A stretch of 64,000 nt of DNA from Eledone cirrhosa (GCA_964016885.1 OZ024740.1:200570001-200634000), one strand, 5' to 3'; shown: positions 10,247-23,680, counted from the first letter of the stretch. Program-made: numbers and translations. Notes: generated from the letters alone by a model not told the origin.

Positions 10247-13135
10247 GTGGGAAAGCTGTACAAGATGGACGCGAGTAAGTATAAAAAATTCATCTATAAG
10301 GAACTACACAAAGACTACAAAAAGACACCCTCTAGTACCCTAAGTGACATAAATAGAGTAGGGAAGGATATAGTCACCAGCTTAGAAATAGAAAAGTACA
10401 CTAACCAGTACGTCCCTCTGACGCCTAAATTCTCTCTTAAGGATCACAAATATGACTTTAATGAAAGCCCCTCTATTAGACTAATATGCCCCTCTACATC
10501 AGGTATAGGTAAGATTAGTAAAGTGATCCTCGACAGAGTACTACTGGAGCTTAATAGAAAGGCTAAGGTCTGCCTCTGGGGCAACACCGACCAGGTCATA
10601 AATTGGTTCACCAAGTTGCCGGATAAAGCCACCCTGAAATTCATCCAGTTTGATATAGATAGTTACTACGCCTCTATCTCTCCCATACTCTTAAATAAGG
10701 CACTTATCTTAGCTAGATCTAACACTAGCCTCACTAAAAAAGAAATAGACATAATTCTAGCGGCACGTAGAACCATTATCCAGTTCGAAGGCTCCCACTG
10801 GACCAGAACCAACCGTCCTGATAACTTCGATGTCACGATGGGGTCCAGTGACTCAGCGCAAGCAACTGACCTGGTTGGGATATACCTCCTACATAAGCTT
10901 AGGGAAGAAATACCGGCCCTACAAGGAGGTATATATAGGGACGACGCCCTGTTTACCGTTAGGAACCATAGCCCCCGTAGGATAGAGAACCTTAACAAAC
11001 ATATATACAGGTTCTTTAAGTCATACGGCCTATCCGTAACTATGGACCTCAACCACAGGGTTGTCAACTTCCTGGACGTGACCCTGGAGTTGAGTACGGG
11101 CTTATACAAGCCATACCATAAGCCTAGAGAGTGCCTCTCTTATATTAATTATGCCTCCAACCACCCTAAGCAGACTCTCAACTCCATAGCCTATAGTATC
11201 TCACATAGAATCTCGAGGCTATCCGCCAATGAGGATATCTTCAACCAAGCGGCAGATTACTACAATAAGGCCCTGATAAGCGCTGGCTTTAACCGAGGAA
11301 TTTCCTACATCCCTAACGCTAGCTCTAGAAACCACCCCCTCATAAAACTAAAGTTATTGTAAGCCATACCTATAACCGATCACGCGGCGACCTCGTTGAA
11401 GTCGGATATAATAGAATAGATAACCGCACCAAAGATAACGTCCCCGGCGACGGTGAACACTGTAGATTACTCAAACTATTTCCCTATTACAAAACCAACA
11501 AAGGCGACGGCCTACTACCAACGCCTTCCAACCAACATCTTCGTGTACATAAACATGGAAGAGGTAGAAAGAGTGAACCCGAGCATAAAGTGAAAGGGGC
11601 ACCGAACGGGCGACTGCGCATTAACATACATAAGAGCGGTCACTTAGATGGAACCAGCCGTAGCAAAAGTACAAGGACACGTAATCGCCACCGTAACATC
11701 CTATGGTCCCCCCCCCCTACTCTCGGAGTGTGGCCTCCAACATACCCCGGATGTTCTTCAAAGCCTTAGAGAAGAACTTCCCGCCCAACCATAGGTATAG
11801 AAAAATTCGTAATAGGAACAATATAAAAATATCCTTCTCTACTACTCCTAACCTAGCAGACATCATAGGAACAACGAACCACAGTAAGATCACCAAGACA
11901 CAGCACATCGACACAGATGCACCTACACCTGACAATAACTATATCGGCCTTAACAACTCCCTGGCAGCATCCAATAGTGTTGGCAACGGCATCCGCAGAC
12001 GCAACCAGAATAACCGCAAAATGACTGGGGAACATGCAGAAAGTGACGTGAGGAATAACAATCGCACCGCCCCGCGTGCTGTGGGTTGTAATTGTGCTAA
12101 CGACAGCTGCAGTAGCGTAGGTAACAACGTAGGCAGCAACAATGATAGCCTTACAGTGGGAAATAGACGGAACCGCGACAGAAATTGCAACTGCCGCGAC
12201 AGAGGACGCTGCCCCCTTAGAGGATACTGCTTGACTGATAGGGTTATATATAGATGCACTATTACTAGCCACAATAGCGTTAAACATTATATAGGAGCCA
12301 CCTCCGGCCCGTTCAAAATTAGGTTTCGAACACATCTCCACTCTTTCACAAATAGAAAACTAAGGCACTCCACTTCACTAGCGGACTACATCACATCACT
12401 AAAGGACTTAAACATCAGCTTCTCCAGGCACTGGGAGATTGTCGGCAGGGCTGCACCGTACAACTTCAAGAGGAAATGCGATCTTTGCCTCATGGAGCTC
12501 TACCACATCATAACTGCACCCCACGAGCTCATCAACTGCAGAGCTGAAACAGCGATAAGTTGAACACATCGCTTAAAGATATCCTTCTTCAGATGGGTTA
12601 AGGATGAAGAGTGAAACAGTACACTGGATCTCCCTGCAACAAGTATTAACACCCCGGCGGGCAGGCGCTGCAAAATAACACCCAGGAAACAATCCTTGCA
12701 TACCAGACCCAGCTTCAGACAAACGGATGCGGCAAAAAAAAAAAAAATTGTCCGGGATAGACTGCCCTAACACCGGCCAGAGTTACCTCCCTTGACCAAT
12801 ATATTTTTGCGAGCAATGAACCTTGATGTGGATTTAACCCCCAAAACTCTTTCCGAGCAATATAAGGAACACTTGTGATTATGCTCTTGAGAAGCCCAAC
12901 TGGGCGAAACGTACGTAGGTGATATTTTAAATAAACATGTTTTAACGGTATATTCTCCGATTTTTTACTTTCCCACGTGCTCACGCTCTGCTAACTCTCT
13001 AGCCCACTAAATATTAACACTTCGAATATTTAATACTGCCGGCACTAGTATCGAGCACCTTTGGCATACGCTACTTGGCAAATAACTATATGTATCACCT
13101 ATCCCCCCTTTTTTTCCTCTTTCTCGATACGTAAA

Positions 13136-13137
<2 letters not shown>
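10246..13137 (+). mobile_element. PLE family A (RT + GIY-YIG, Hydra-clade-like), 5'-truncated, between two (TA)n tracts
   Basis: LKDHK, QFDIDSYY, MGSSDSAQ, GIYRDD, VNFLDVTL, YHKP; linker CNCRDRGRCPLRGYC; VIYRC..YIGAT..RF..H; CDLC. Frameshifts near 11335 and 11705. Confidence 0.93.
12882..12921 (+). ncRNA. Type I minimal hammerhead ribozyme, U3:A8 variant, in the family A pseudo-LTR
   Basis: TTGAGAA-gccc(aact)gggc-GAAAC-gtac-GTA-gg; palindromic stem III ACGTACGT; short stem I. Confidence 0.65.
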
Positions 13138-13180
<43 letters not shown>

Positions 13181-13183
<3 letters not shown>

Positions 13184-14060
13184 ACAAAATCTGAGACCCC
13201 CTTCGACGTTAACATGGGTGCTAGCGACTCAGCTTAAATTAGTGACCTTGTGGGTCTGTTCTCCTCCACAGGTTGAAGACCCTCTTCACAGGCCTCTCCG
13301 GTGGTCTCTACCGAGATGACGGCCTCTTTGCCCTCCACAAAATCAACCCCAGGACCACGGATGGGTTCAGGAAAAACCTTTACACCTTCTTTAAAAACTT
13401 AGGCCTTAGGATTACCTTAGATTCGAACTTAACTAAAGCTAACTTCCTAGACGTTACCCTCGACTTAGAAACTTCCCTTTACTACCCGTACCACAAACCT
13501 AATGAATCCTTTAGATATATAGACGTTAATTCTAACCACCACCCCCCAAAAAATATATTAGACAACCTAGTAAAAAGTGTCTCCATTAGGATATCTAGCC
13601 TCGCCGCCAATGAAGATATCTTTAGAGCAGCAGCCCCCTATTACAACGAGGCCCTGGCCCGCAGCGGCTTTAGAGATAAGATCACCTAGCCTAGTATAGC
13701 CCCACGCCCACCCAGGAAGAATAGGCGAAGGCACATTAGCTGGTACAACCCCCCCTTCAACCGCGAAGTTTCAACACCTGTAGCTAAAATTTGCTTCACT
13801 CTCTTACAAAAACACTTCCCCACCCAACATAGGTACTACACTATCCTTAATAAGAATACCATTAGACTCTCTTACTCTACCACACCTAATCTAGCTAGGA
13901 ACTTAGCCAACAATAACATCAAGAAGCTAAATAAGTCTACTTTTTCCGAAGCCCATCCAGCAACCGATAGCAACTGCAATTGCCCTGATATGACGACCTG
14001 CCCTCTCAACAACAACTGTCTAAAAAAGATCTCGTCTATATATGCGATGGACTCTCAGGC
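13181..14060 (+). mobile_element. PLE family B internal fragment
   Basis: GGLYRDDG, NFLDVTL, WYNPPFN; collinear with 59344-60192. Confidence 0.9.
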
Positions 14061-14712
14061 CCTATATAATATATATATATATATATATTAGTACAAAGCA
14101 AAAGAAAATGCTGACAAATTATTCCCACTGAAAAATAGTTTAATTAGGAATAAATATAAATTAGTAATAATTATTAGTTAGTATTCAGTTTTAGTTCTAA
14201 TTTGTTAACGGTTGCGCATTTCTAATGCTTTTCGAAAATAATTTTGAGATAGAGTGCTCGTGCTTTTTGCTCTAATCTGATCAGTTTTGGAAATTCTTCC
14301 TGTTTTATGTGAAAAAAGTGGCTTGGGAGGCATTAAAATTTGGTTGGTTGTTGAATGTCACGTGAATAAGCACTATAAATTTCGCGCCAATTTGTGTTGC
14401 AAAAATATTTGTAGTCAAAACAATTTTGATTGGTCGGTAGAAGTCATGTGAATGTTTAAATTGATTTTAGCGTAAGCTGGTTTCGCGCCAAATCTAGGTT
14501 TGTTGAAGAGTTGCAGTCATGTTGAGAGGTCAATAGTCAGGTGTCTATTAAGACAAATATGTGTGTGTGTGTGTAGCAAAGTGGTTCATTGTTGTTATAA
14601 TGGAAATGAATCGGTCAGTAGGAATGTCTGTGTACGGGTGTGTGTGTGAGTGGGGGGAGGGGTTATTTTAACATGTTGAAACATATTTTTCAGGTCTTGT
14701 ATTATACGAGAA

Positions 14713-14772
<60 letters not shown>

Positions 14773-15045
14773 ATCTGTGTGTGTATGTATGTCTGTATAT
14801 TAGTGGTCGCGTGTGCATGCGTGTGTGTGTGTGGAGGGACCAGTATTTTTATTAGTACCACAAAAATACTGGTCCATGCACACACAAAGACACACACACA
14901 CTCACACGCATGCACACGCGAACACTAACATATATATATATATACTATTTTCCTATTACCCACTCTACTACCCTAAGTATCGAGTACTCTGGTGCTTTAT
15001 GGTCAACCTGGGTTCTAAGGGAATCTTTCCGGGCCGTGTAATATA

Positions 15046-15320
15046 ATTGAATATATGAGAGGGATAAACACCTATACAAGTATACATGTGTTCCAATTGC
15101 AAATGACCAAGTTAGCTAGGTTGAAATTTACTAATTAAAACAATATGGTTTGCCTGTCTCGATTTAAAGTAATAAATCAATAAAAATAACAAATCTATAT
15201 TGGGCAACTGCCTTTGATACCCGTTTTAAAATAGTATTTTTTCAACCTAGCTAACTTGGTCATTTGCAATTCGAACACATCTATACTTGAATCGGTGTTC
15301 ATCCCTCTCATATATTCAAT
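15046..15320. repeat. Inverted repeat, ~80-bp arms and ~110-bp spacer, abutting (TA)n
   Basis: ATTGAATATATGAGAGGGAT..GCTAGGTTGAAA pairs with TTTCAACCTAGC..ATCCCTCTCATATATTCAAT. Confidence 0.9.
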
Positions 15321-15365
<45 letters not shown>

Positions 15366-15437
15366 TTACACATACATTCCCCCTCTCTTTTTCTCTGTAA
15401 TAAATAAATAAATAAATATATATATATATATACATAC

Positions 15438-15498
<61 letters not shown>

Positions 15499-16303
15499 TG
15501 TGTGTGTGTGCGTATATGTGTGTGTTTGTGTGTGTACGCGTATGTGCTTGTGTCTGTGAGTTTGTAAGTGTACGTATACATGTTTGCGGGAACTGCTGCT
15601 TATAATGCTTTCACTATTATTATTAAGAATAACACTCATCAAGAGATGAATCATTTTCAAGTGTCATCATCAAAAGATGTTCATGTGTGAACATACTATA
15701 TTATAAGACTTTAGACTATTGCCCATCACATAATATAGTGCCGTGGAGAAGGATGATGAAGAGGAGTAAATGAAGGAGGAAGCCTTTCGAGAATGACGGT
15801 GTCGGAAATGATAATACAACCTCGTTACTTAACTTGTTAAAGAAACTAATATGAAAGATAATACCGATACTATATAGTGTAAAATTGCTATATAGTGTAG
15901 TATTAAATTTCCATTACTACTCCTTATAGAACACAACTGAAATCGTCTTTGAAAGCTATTAATTAAACTAGTTTTATTCGTTTAAATATTTCACATGAAA
16001 GTTTTTTGTCAGCAGGAAACTTTATCAACTCTTTGAAACATTACTAAATCAGTTTAGTTTGCATTTGTGGAGACATCGACAATTGTGGAGACATCGACAC
16101 ATTACACTATCATTATAGCCACGCATTATACTATCATTAATAACGCTAGTTAATAATATACATTTACACATACACACAAACACACGTACACTCACACACA
16201 CATACACAGACACACACAGACACACACAGACACACACGCACACACATATATATATATAGTGACGAAACATAAGTCAATTGCATGAACTCATAATCCTTTA
16301 TTT

Positions 16304-16359
16304 ACTGCTATATATATTTCAATGATAGCCATTGAATTGCTATGACCTCATCAGGCAGT
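16304..16359 (-). ncRNA. Type I hammerhead ribozyme
   Basis: actgc-CTGATGA-gg..atagc/gctat..-GAAA-tatata-TA-gcagt. Confidence 0.8.
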
Positions 16360-16512
16360 TAGTCAGTTCTTAGATATGCCAGCACTGTGTTTATGGTGTT
16401 GATGGTATCAGAGCCTTGGGACATATACATATATAAACATATAAATATATATATATATATATAAACACATATATACACATACACACACACACATATATAT
16501 ATATATGTGTAT

Positions 16513-17051
16513 AAATATTTCGTATCTCCAAAGAAATAGTTTTAGGAAGCCGTAGCTATGCAGACACCCGAGGACTAACGCCCTCTGGTGATGTCCAGTA
16601 GAAGGAAAAGGGACAACCGTCTATGCATTTCAGGCTTAACTGGCCTTCGTCAGGATGGTCCCTCCCACCGCTTGCGACTGCTGGACTAGAACACAGCTGA
16701 GAATATATACTTTTCTCGTCTGTGTAAATGAGGTGATTAATCTCATTTGCATATGAAGCGAAATCCTATTTCTTTTTTATTATAATTTGAACCAACTTAT
16801 GCAGCTTCATATGCAAATGAGATTAATCACCTCATTTACACAGACGAGAAAAGTATATATTCTCGCTGTCTTCTAGACCAGCAGTCGCAAGCGGTGGGAG
16901 GGACCGTCCTGACGAAGGCCAGTTAAGCCTAAAATGCATAGACGGTTGTCCCCCTTGCTTCTACTGGACATCACCAGAGTGCGTTAGCTCCCGGGTGTCT
17001 GCATAGCTGCGGCTTCCTAAAACTGTATTTCTTTGGAGGTACGAAATATTT
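16513..17051. repeat. Fold-back repeat (~245-bp arms) with a hammerhead in each arm
   Basis: Arms 16513-16759 and 16804-17051 are reverse complements with scattered mismatches. Confidence 0.93.
16617..16658 (-). ncRNA. Type I minimal hammerhead ribozyme; mirror copy at 16904-16945 (+) has GAAA>AAAA
   Basis: ccatc-CTGACGA-aggc(cagttaa)gcct-GAAA-tgca-TA-gacgg. Confidence 0.85.
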
Positions 17052-17800
17052 CTACATATTGTATAAAGCTATGCTTGAAGCGAAATACTATTTCTTTCTT
17101 ATATATATATATATTTCTTTTTTTGGTGTTATAGTCACTTATATATTCTGAAATACTGCTGGCTTCACGCTCACAACAATTTCTATACTTTCATTTATAT
17201 TTATACTCGGAATTTCCTAGAGTGCTTAACATTATTTGTGACTAATCCCGGTCTTTTTTTTTTTTTTAAACCGCGATAATATTGCTATTTTGCTGAATCC
17301 TTACACTTGTAGAGTTTTATTTCGGAATGTTTTTTGACTGCAGTTTCCTGTAAACAGACATTTGTCTCATTCTGACGTCACCACCCATGTCTCTCCTTGT
17401 GCGTTTAGTTTTCATAATTACGTACGAGGTGAACTAGCCTGTTTTTAAATTCCCTTTTTGGCATATTCTACAGTAGTTTGGGGGTTATCGTATTTGAGCC
17501 CTGCTGATGAACGACTCCAACCGTGACCATCCCCACTGAAAGTTTCGCGAAATAGTCTTTTTAAGACTATACAGAGCATTTTAGTTTTTTCCAGATTGAT
17601 GGATGAGTATTTAGACTATATTTTATTCTGAGTTAAGGCTCTATTGATTTTTCCCTGGATTTCACAAAATTCTATGGAAAAATCTGTCTTGATTTTTTTA
17701 AAATTGAGTTTGAATTATTTTCCCACATCTTACGTTAACTATTTTTCCATTTTGACGTTATAAAATATTGTTGGCTTCACGCTCACAACAATTTCTATAC

Positions 17801-18811
<1,011 letters not shown>

Positions 18812-18825
18812 GTATATATATATTA

Positions 18826-19075
18826 CCTAGTGGTAACGGTGTTGGACTTACGATCATAATGTTGTGGGTTCGATTCCAGGGCTGCGTGTTGTGTTCTTGA
18901 ACAAAACACTTCATTTCACGTTGCTCCAGTATACTCAGCTGAAAATGAGTACCAGCAATAGCTGAATGTTTAACCCTACGATGGACTGGCGTCCTGTCCA
19001 GGGGGGAGTCTTGTACTCTCAGTCGCTTCACGCCATGAAACCGGAATAAGCACCGGCCAAATGAGCCTTCTGTCT
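18826..19075 (+). mobile_element. tRNA-derived SINE with a V-domain-like centre
   Basis: TAGTGGTAA A-box remnant, GGTTCGATTCC B box, AACCCTACGATGGACTGGCGTCCTGTCCAGGGGGAG. Confidence 0.8.
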
Positions 19076-19097
19076 TAAGACAGGCTTTAGACTTTAG

Positions 19098-19156
<59 letters not shown>

Positions 19157-19533
19157 CACACACACATATATACACAAACATATGTGTGTGTTTTTGTGTG
19201 AGTGTGTATACAGATATATTTAGATATAAATATATGTATATATAGTTCTGTGTGCATACTCTCTTTACATATATAATATTTAACTTAAGGAAAGCAAATA
19301 TAAAAAAAAAATATGACGACACTACTCGCTGCGCGAACAAAAGGTCTGGACATTTCTTCATCCGTTTTAAATTATAGATCAGCTTAAATCTTGTTGAATT
19401 GCTGGTTTGTATTCGAAGTAAGATGTCCTCATTAACAATATCTGAGAACATCAAAAGGTAAGGCAAATTGTATTGCAGTCTTGACTTTTGTTAATAGCTC
19501 TTGATTTGTTCATGAGATTAAAGAATGGTATTT

Positions 19534-22500
19534 AACTAATGTAATGGTACGCGATGAGGCACACCCACAGCCCCGGTGGACAGAATGGAGAAGGCGTTTC
19601 CCCGGAGGACGGCAAGGCAGACGTGCTGGAAAAGCCACTCCAGCTCGCGGGGCTCACACCTACGGCTGGCCAGCTCAGCGCCTATGGTGGTGAGTAAGGA
19701 GGTAGCCCTGGGACCGAGGACACCAGAAGTTTCCACTGCCTGGAGAACGACCGCAAACCTGTCGGAGAGCGACCGGTATTTGAGGAGTTTGGCCCCCTCA
19801 GCCCGACGTGCAGCAGAACCTGGGTCAGTCATAGACTGCACCAGGTTGCAGCTGCAGAAAGTGTCGGTGCAAGTGGCATCCCAGACGAGGGGTTTGCCAC
19901 CGCGGAACGGGAAGATGGTCATGCCATCTGGCCTTTTGCCGTCCCCTCTATCCAGCCCCACCGGCTCGAACTGGGAAGGAAGCCTGCAGCGCCCAAGGCA
20001 CGCTTAATGACCTCGTTGAGGGCAGTATGGCATGGAATTCGGCTGGCACTGTGGCAACAGGAAAGCGGGTGGAGGCCGAAAGCGCAGCAACATTGGTGTG
20101 GCTGGCAGATCCGGAGGCCGAGCCTCAGGGAAACGCCGTTTCGCAGGCTATGGTTGTCTAGCAGCATGCCAGTGGAGAAGGAGGGCAGAGCATGGAGCCA
20201 GGCATCACTGTGGTGTTTGGAGGCCGCACAAAAACAAGCAAGGCGGTGCTGCTCGAGCTGGCGCGTCAGCCTGTCTGAGGCCAGGCTGCACTGGATGGCA
20301 TCTCAAGTGCGTTGGGGGGACTTGACGTCAACAGAGGGAGAAGGAGGAGAGACGTCTACTGGGCTAAGTCCCAGCCGATCTCACGTCTCACAGGCGGCCA
20401 CACGTTCTCTGAACACAGAGTGTTCTGTTGTGTTTTGAAGAACCCTGCTGACGACGACGCGGCACGAGGTTACCGACGAAAGATACGCCGGCAAAGCTAG
20501 TGAGATCGGGGACCGGAGGCCTAGGCCGCCATACCTGACCGGTAAAGTGGCCTGTTGCCCCCATATGTCGTCAAACCTGACGTTGCATATCCCCTCGGCT
20601 GCTGCTCGGATACAAGTATCGAGGTCAGCGAGGAGAGATGTCTGGGTCTAGCATGGAGCGCTGCGGAATGTATAGAGGAGCTTCGGCATGGCGAAGCAGT
20701 TCCAAAGCAGAAAGAGAGCTGGGTGGCCGTCAATCAAGCCCAGTCGGCTCGTGAGAGTCTGGAGCTGTTGAAGCCTGGACCTGATGGTGGAGCGGATGGC
20801 CGGCGGGTGGATCGGTGACCCGAGGATGAGGACATCTTATTTGGGCATCACCTGAACCTGACGGAGAATGGACCGCACGTCCAAAACGGATGCTGCAAAG
20901 CTCAGAGCATCTAGGCTGACGTTCATCACCTCCGACATGGCCGAGTTGACCTGGAGGCCGATTCCCGCCAGAGCAGGAACCACCGATTGAAGGTCTTGGC
21001 AGACCGTCCGTACGGGCCCGCCCAACGTAGCATCATCCAGATACCAAACATTGAGAGGGGCCGTGATACTCCGGGCGATGTGGTCAACACCAAGGGCGAA
21101 CAGGAGGGGTCCCAAAGTGTCGCCCTGTTGGACCCCAGTAGCCGAGGGTATGACCGTATCAGCAGCTAGGAGCATGCTCGGGGCTCCATATGACAGGTAG
21201 GCCAGCGGGTAGGGAGAGGTGGCTCGGCTGAGGCAGGCCTCGAGCAGATGATCCCGGCGTAAAGAGTTAAATGCATTCCTCATGTCAAGCTTGACAATCA
21301 GGTGCATGGAGTCCCTGGATGCCGGTACCGATGGGTAGCTGCTGAAGAACTGCCTGATTGCATGAGAGGCTCCCTCACAGCCACCGGACACGCCGACAAC
21401 CAGTTGCGCCGGACCAAACTACTCACCCAGTTCATGTGTGACGAACTTGCAGATCACCATGGCAGCCAGCCTCCGAAAGACATTGCCCACAGCAATGGGG
21501 CGTATGCCACCCTCTTTCTTCCTGAGATCGGTGAAGCTGGCCGAAAAAAAGAGGCCTTGGGCGTAAGGGTCGAGGGTACCATGAATGAGCCTATTGGTGA
21601 GCGCCACAATTGCACTCAGAAGGCGGCGCCCGGCCTCAGCGGAGACGGGGGATGTCAACTCCTTGAGGTGGCCTGGTCGGAGACCATCAACACCTCTGCA
21701 GCTGCTAGCTGGGAAGGACCTGATGGGGGACATGATATCTGCATCAGTAGCCACAAGGAGCAGGTGGGGTCGGATGGGGGTATCGGTCTGAGATCAGTGG
21801 GTGGATTAGGGTGTTTGAGCCGCAGAGCAGCCAGGATCTCCTCGGTGGGTTGGAGGACAGTGTCCTCTGAGGCAACAACTCTTACTGCGGCCGAAATATC
21901 ACCCATGAGAAGCTTTGCGTTTACCTGGTCACGCAAACGCTTGGCGCTGGCCTCGGGGGTGGAGGATAGGGGGTACCTGAGGGTGGGGTGTGTGGCGTCA
22001 CTGGGCACGCTTGGAATGGGCGCTCGCCCAAATGACGAAATAGAACAGCCGCTCCCAGTCATTGGCTCAATTGGAGTCCAGGGCGCTCTCAATCGAGGAA
22101 GCGAGGGCATCGGCCACCGGCACCCGTGCCGCTCTGGGCACCCTGAGTGGGATTTTCCGCCTGAGCCGAGCGATGTTGACCAGCGAGGCTCGGGCGTCAG
22201 GCAAGCTCGCTGTCCCATCTGGTGGAGTGCTAGACGGCCGTGGCTGGGAAGACCTGGGGAAGAGCAGCTGCTGCACCTCCACGCTGCGAGGGCATTGGAA
22301 GCTCGACGAGTCAAGCCAACGCAGGTGAGGTGGTAGAAGCAGCCGCACCCCAAACAGTCCGGCCCCTCTTCCGTTTGTTAGTAGTGCCGCAAGTGCTGCA
22401 GGTGTCGATTTGGAGGGGTGGGGATGGGGCGTGGAGCCGGGGACTGGGGCACCGATCGGCATCAGGGTGGGTGGCTGGTGTGTGTGGTTGGAAGGGAAAG

Positions 22501-22700
22501 TGCTGGTAAGAGGGCAGCATAGCTCACCTATAGATAGGGAGGTGCCAGAAAACGAGAGCGAAAAGGGGCTGCATGGAGGGGGAGACACAAGAAGGTAGAA
22601 TGGCAGTAAATGAATGAGTGAATGGATGGATGTACACACAAAAAAGGGGGGAGGGGGGAACAAGGGGTTGTTCCCAGCGGAAAGACCCAGAATTCAACAC
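19534..22700 (-). mobile_element. CRE-clade non-LTR retrotransposon (PHD finger, RT, restriction-like endonuclease), frameshifted
   Basis: CSTC..CGCFYHLTCVGL..WRCSSC; GVDGLRPGHL; KKEGGIRPIAVG; KLDMRNAFNS; GVQQGDTLGPLLF; WYLDD; GLHPLSC..H; DGKRPDG..LVWDAT. Confidence 0.88.
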
Positions 22701-23529
22701 ACACACATGCGAGCAACTGAGCAGTTTGTCAAAGACGATATTTGGTATTTATTTCAAGCTGAATACGTTTGTATTTTCTTTATACAGTCTAGTATTCCAA
22801 TTTAAACGCAAATTGCTGCATTGTTGAGATGTTGACAATGAAACAGTGAATGAGTTTATAGACATTGTGAGATAGGTTTGAGAAACTGATTAGAAGGCAA
22901 GGTCAGTGACATTAGTACTTGCAGATATTTGCGGATATATTCTACATGCTGAAAGACGTTGTTGATGGAAGTTAGAATAAAATATGGCAAGAATTATGGA
23001 AGTGTAAAAACATTGCAAATAAATGAGATGCAGATTGAAAGATGTATACGAAGATTACGATATTAATAGCGTGAATACATACATAGAGAATGTAGACAGA
23101 TAAATAGAAAGAAAGAGAGCGAGAGAGTGATACAAAATAGAGTTACAGAATAGAGTTACGTAAATACGAGTGTTAAATTTAGCGAAATACCTCTTGTTGC
23201 CATTAATATTTTAGCTAATACATCATCATAAGCATCATCATCATCACCATGAAAATAACCACCACCACCATTAACGACATCATCGCCAGCATTGTCTTCA
23301 TGATCATCCTCATCATCATTATAATCATCAAGATCAACAATGTTCGATTGTAGGAGCAGAAGACCAGCATCGTTCTCCACCCATTACAACTTTCGTAATC
23401 AATTATTATCGCATGGTCGAATAATTAACAGTGGTCATGGGTTGGATGCGGACGCCTTGATGAAATTGGAACACAAAACAGAAAATATATTGTAAATTTT
23501 TTAGTTCAGCACTGTACCAACTCCATCAA

Positions 23530-23680
23530 TCCATCGTCCTGAACTGGTAGTTTACTTTATTGAACAAGAATAATGAAAGATAAGGTTAGCATTGGCGAGA
23601 TATAAATGCAGATTGTGGAATGCTGTTTGAAGCACCACAAGTTAATCTGACGTTCTTATAACTTCTAGCCACCTGCCTGG
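23530..23680 (-). mobile_element. Highly degenerate SINE remnant
   Basis: CTGGTA..TTTATTGA..ATGAAAG..AAGGTT resembles the SINE family at 7497-7847. Confidence 0.4.

Noticed and set aside
12603-12632. AUGA..AAA..GA as a SECIS element
   Set aside because: Helix far too short and too close to the UGA codon.
17158-17808. Segment bounded by a ~35-bp direct repeat with a possible CRIC motif on the minus strand
   Set aside because: May be a decayed PLE end, but no convincing reading frame could be reconstructed.
21302-22336. 344-aa plus-strand ORF
   Set aside because: Antisense shadow of the GC-rich CRE element.
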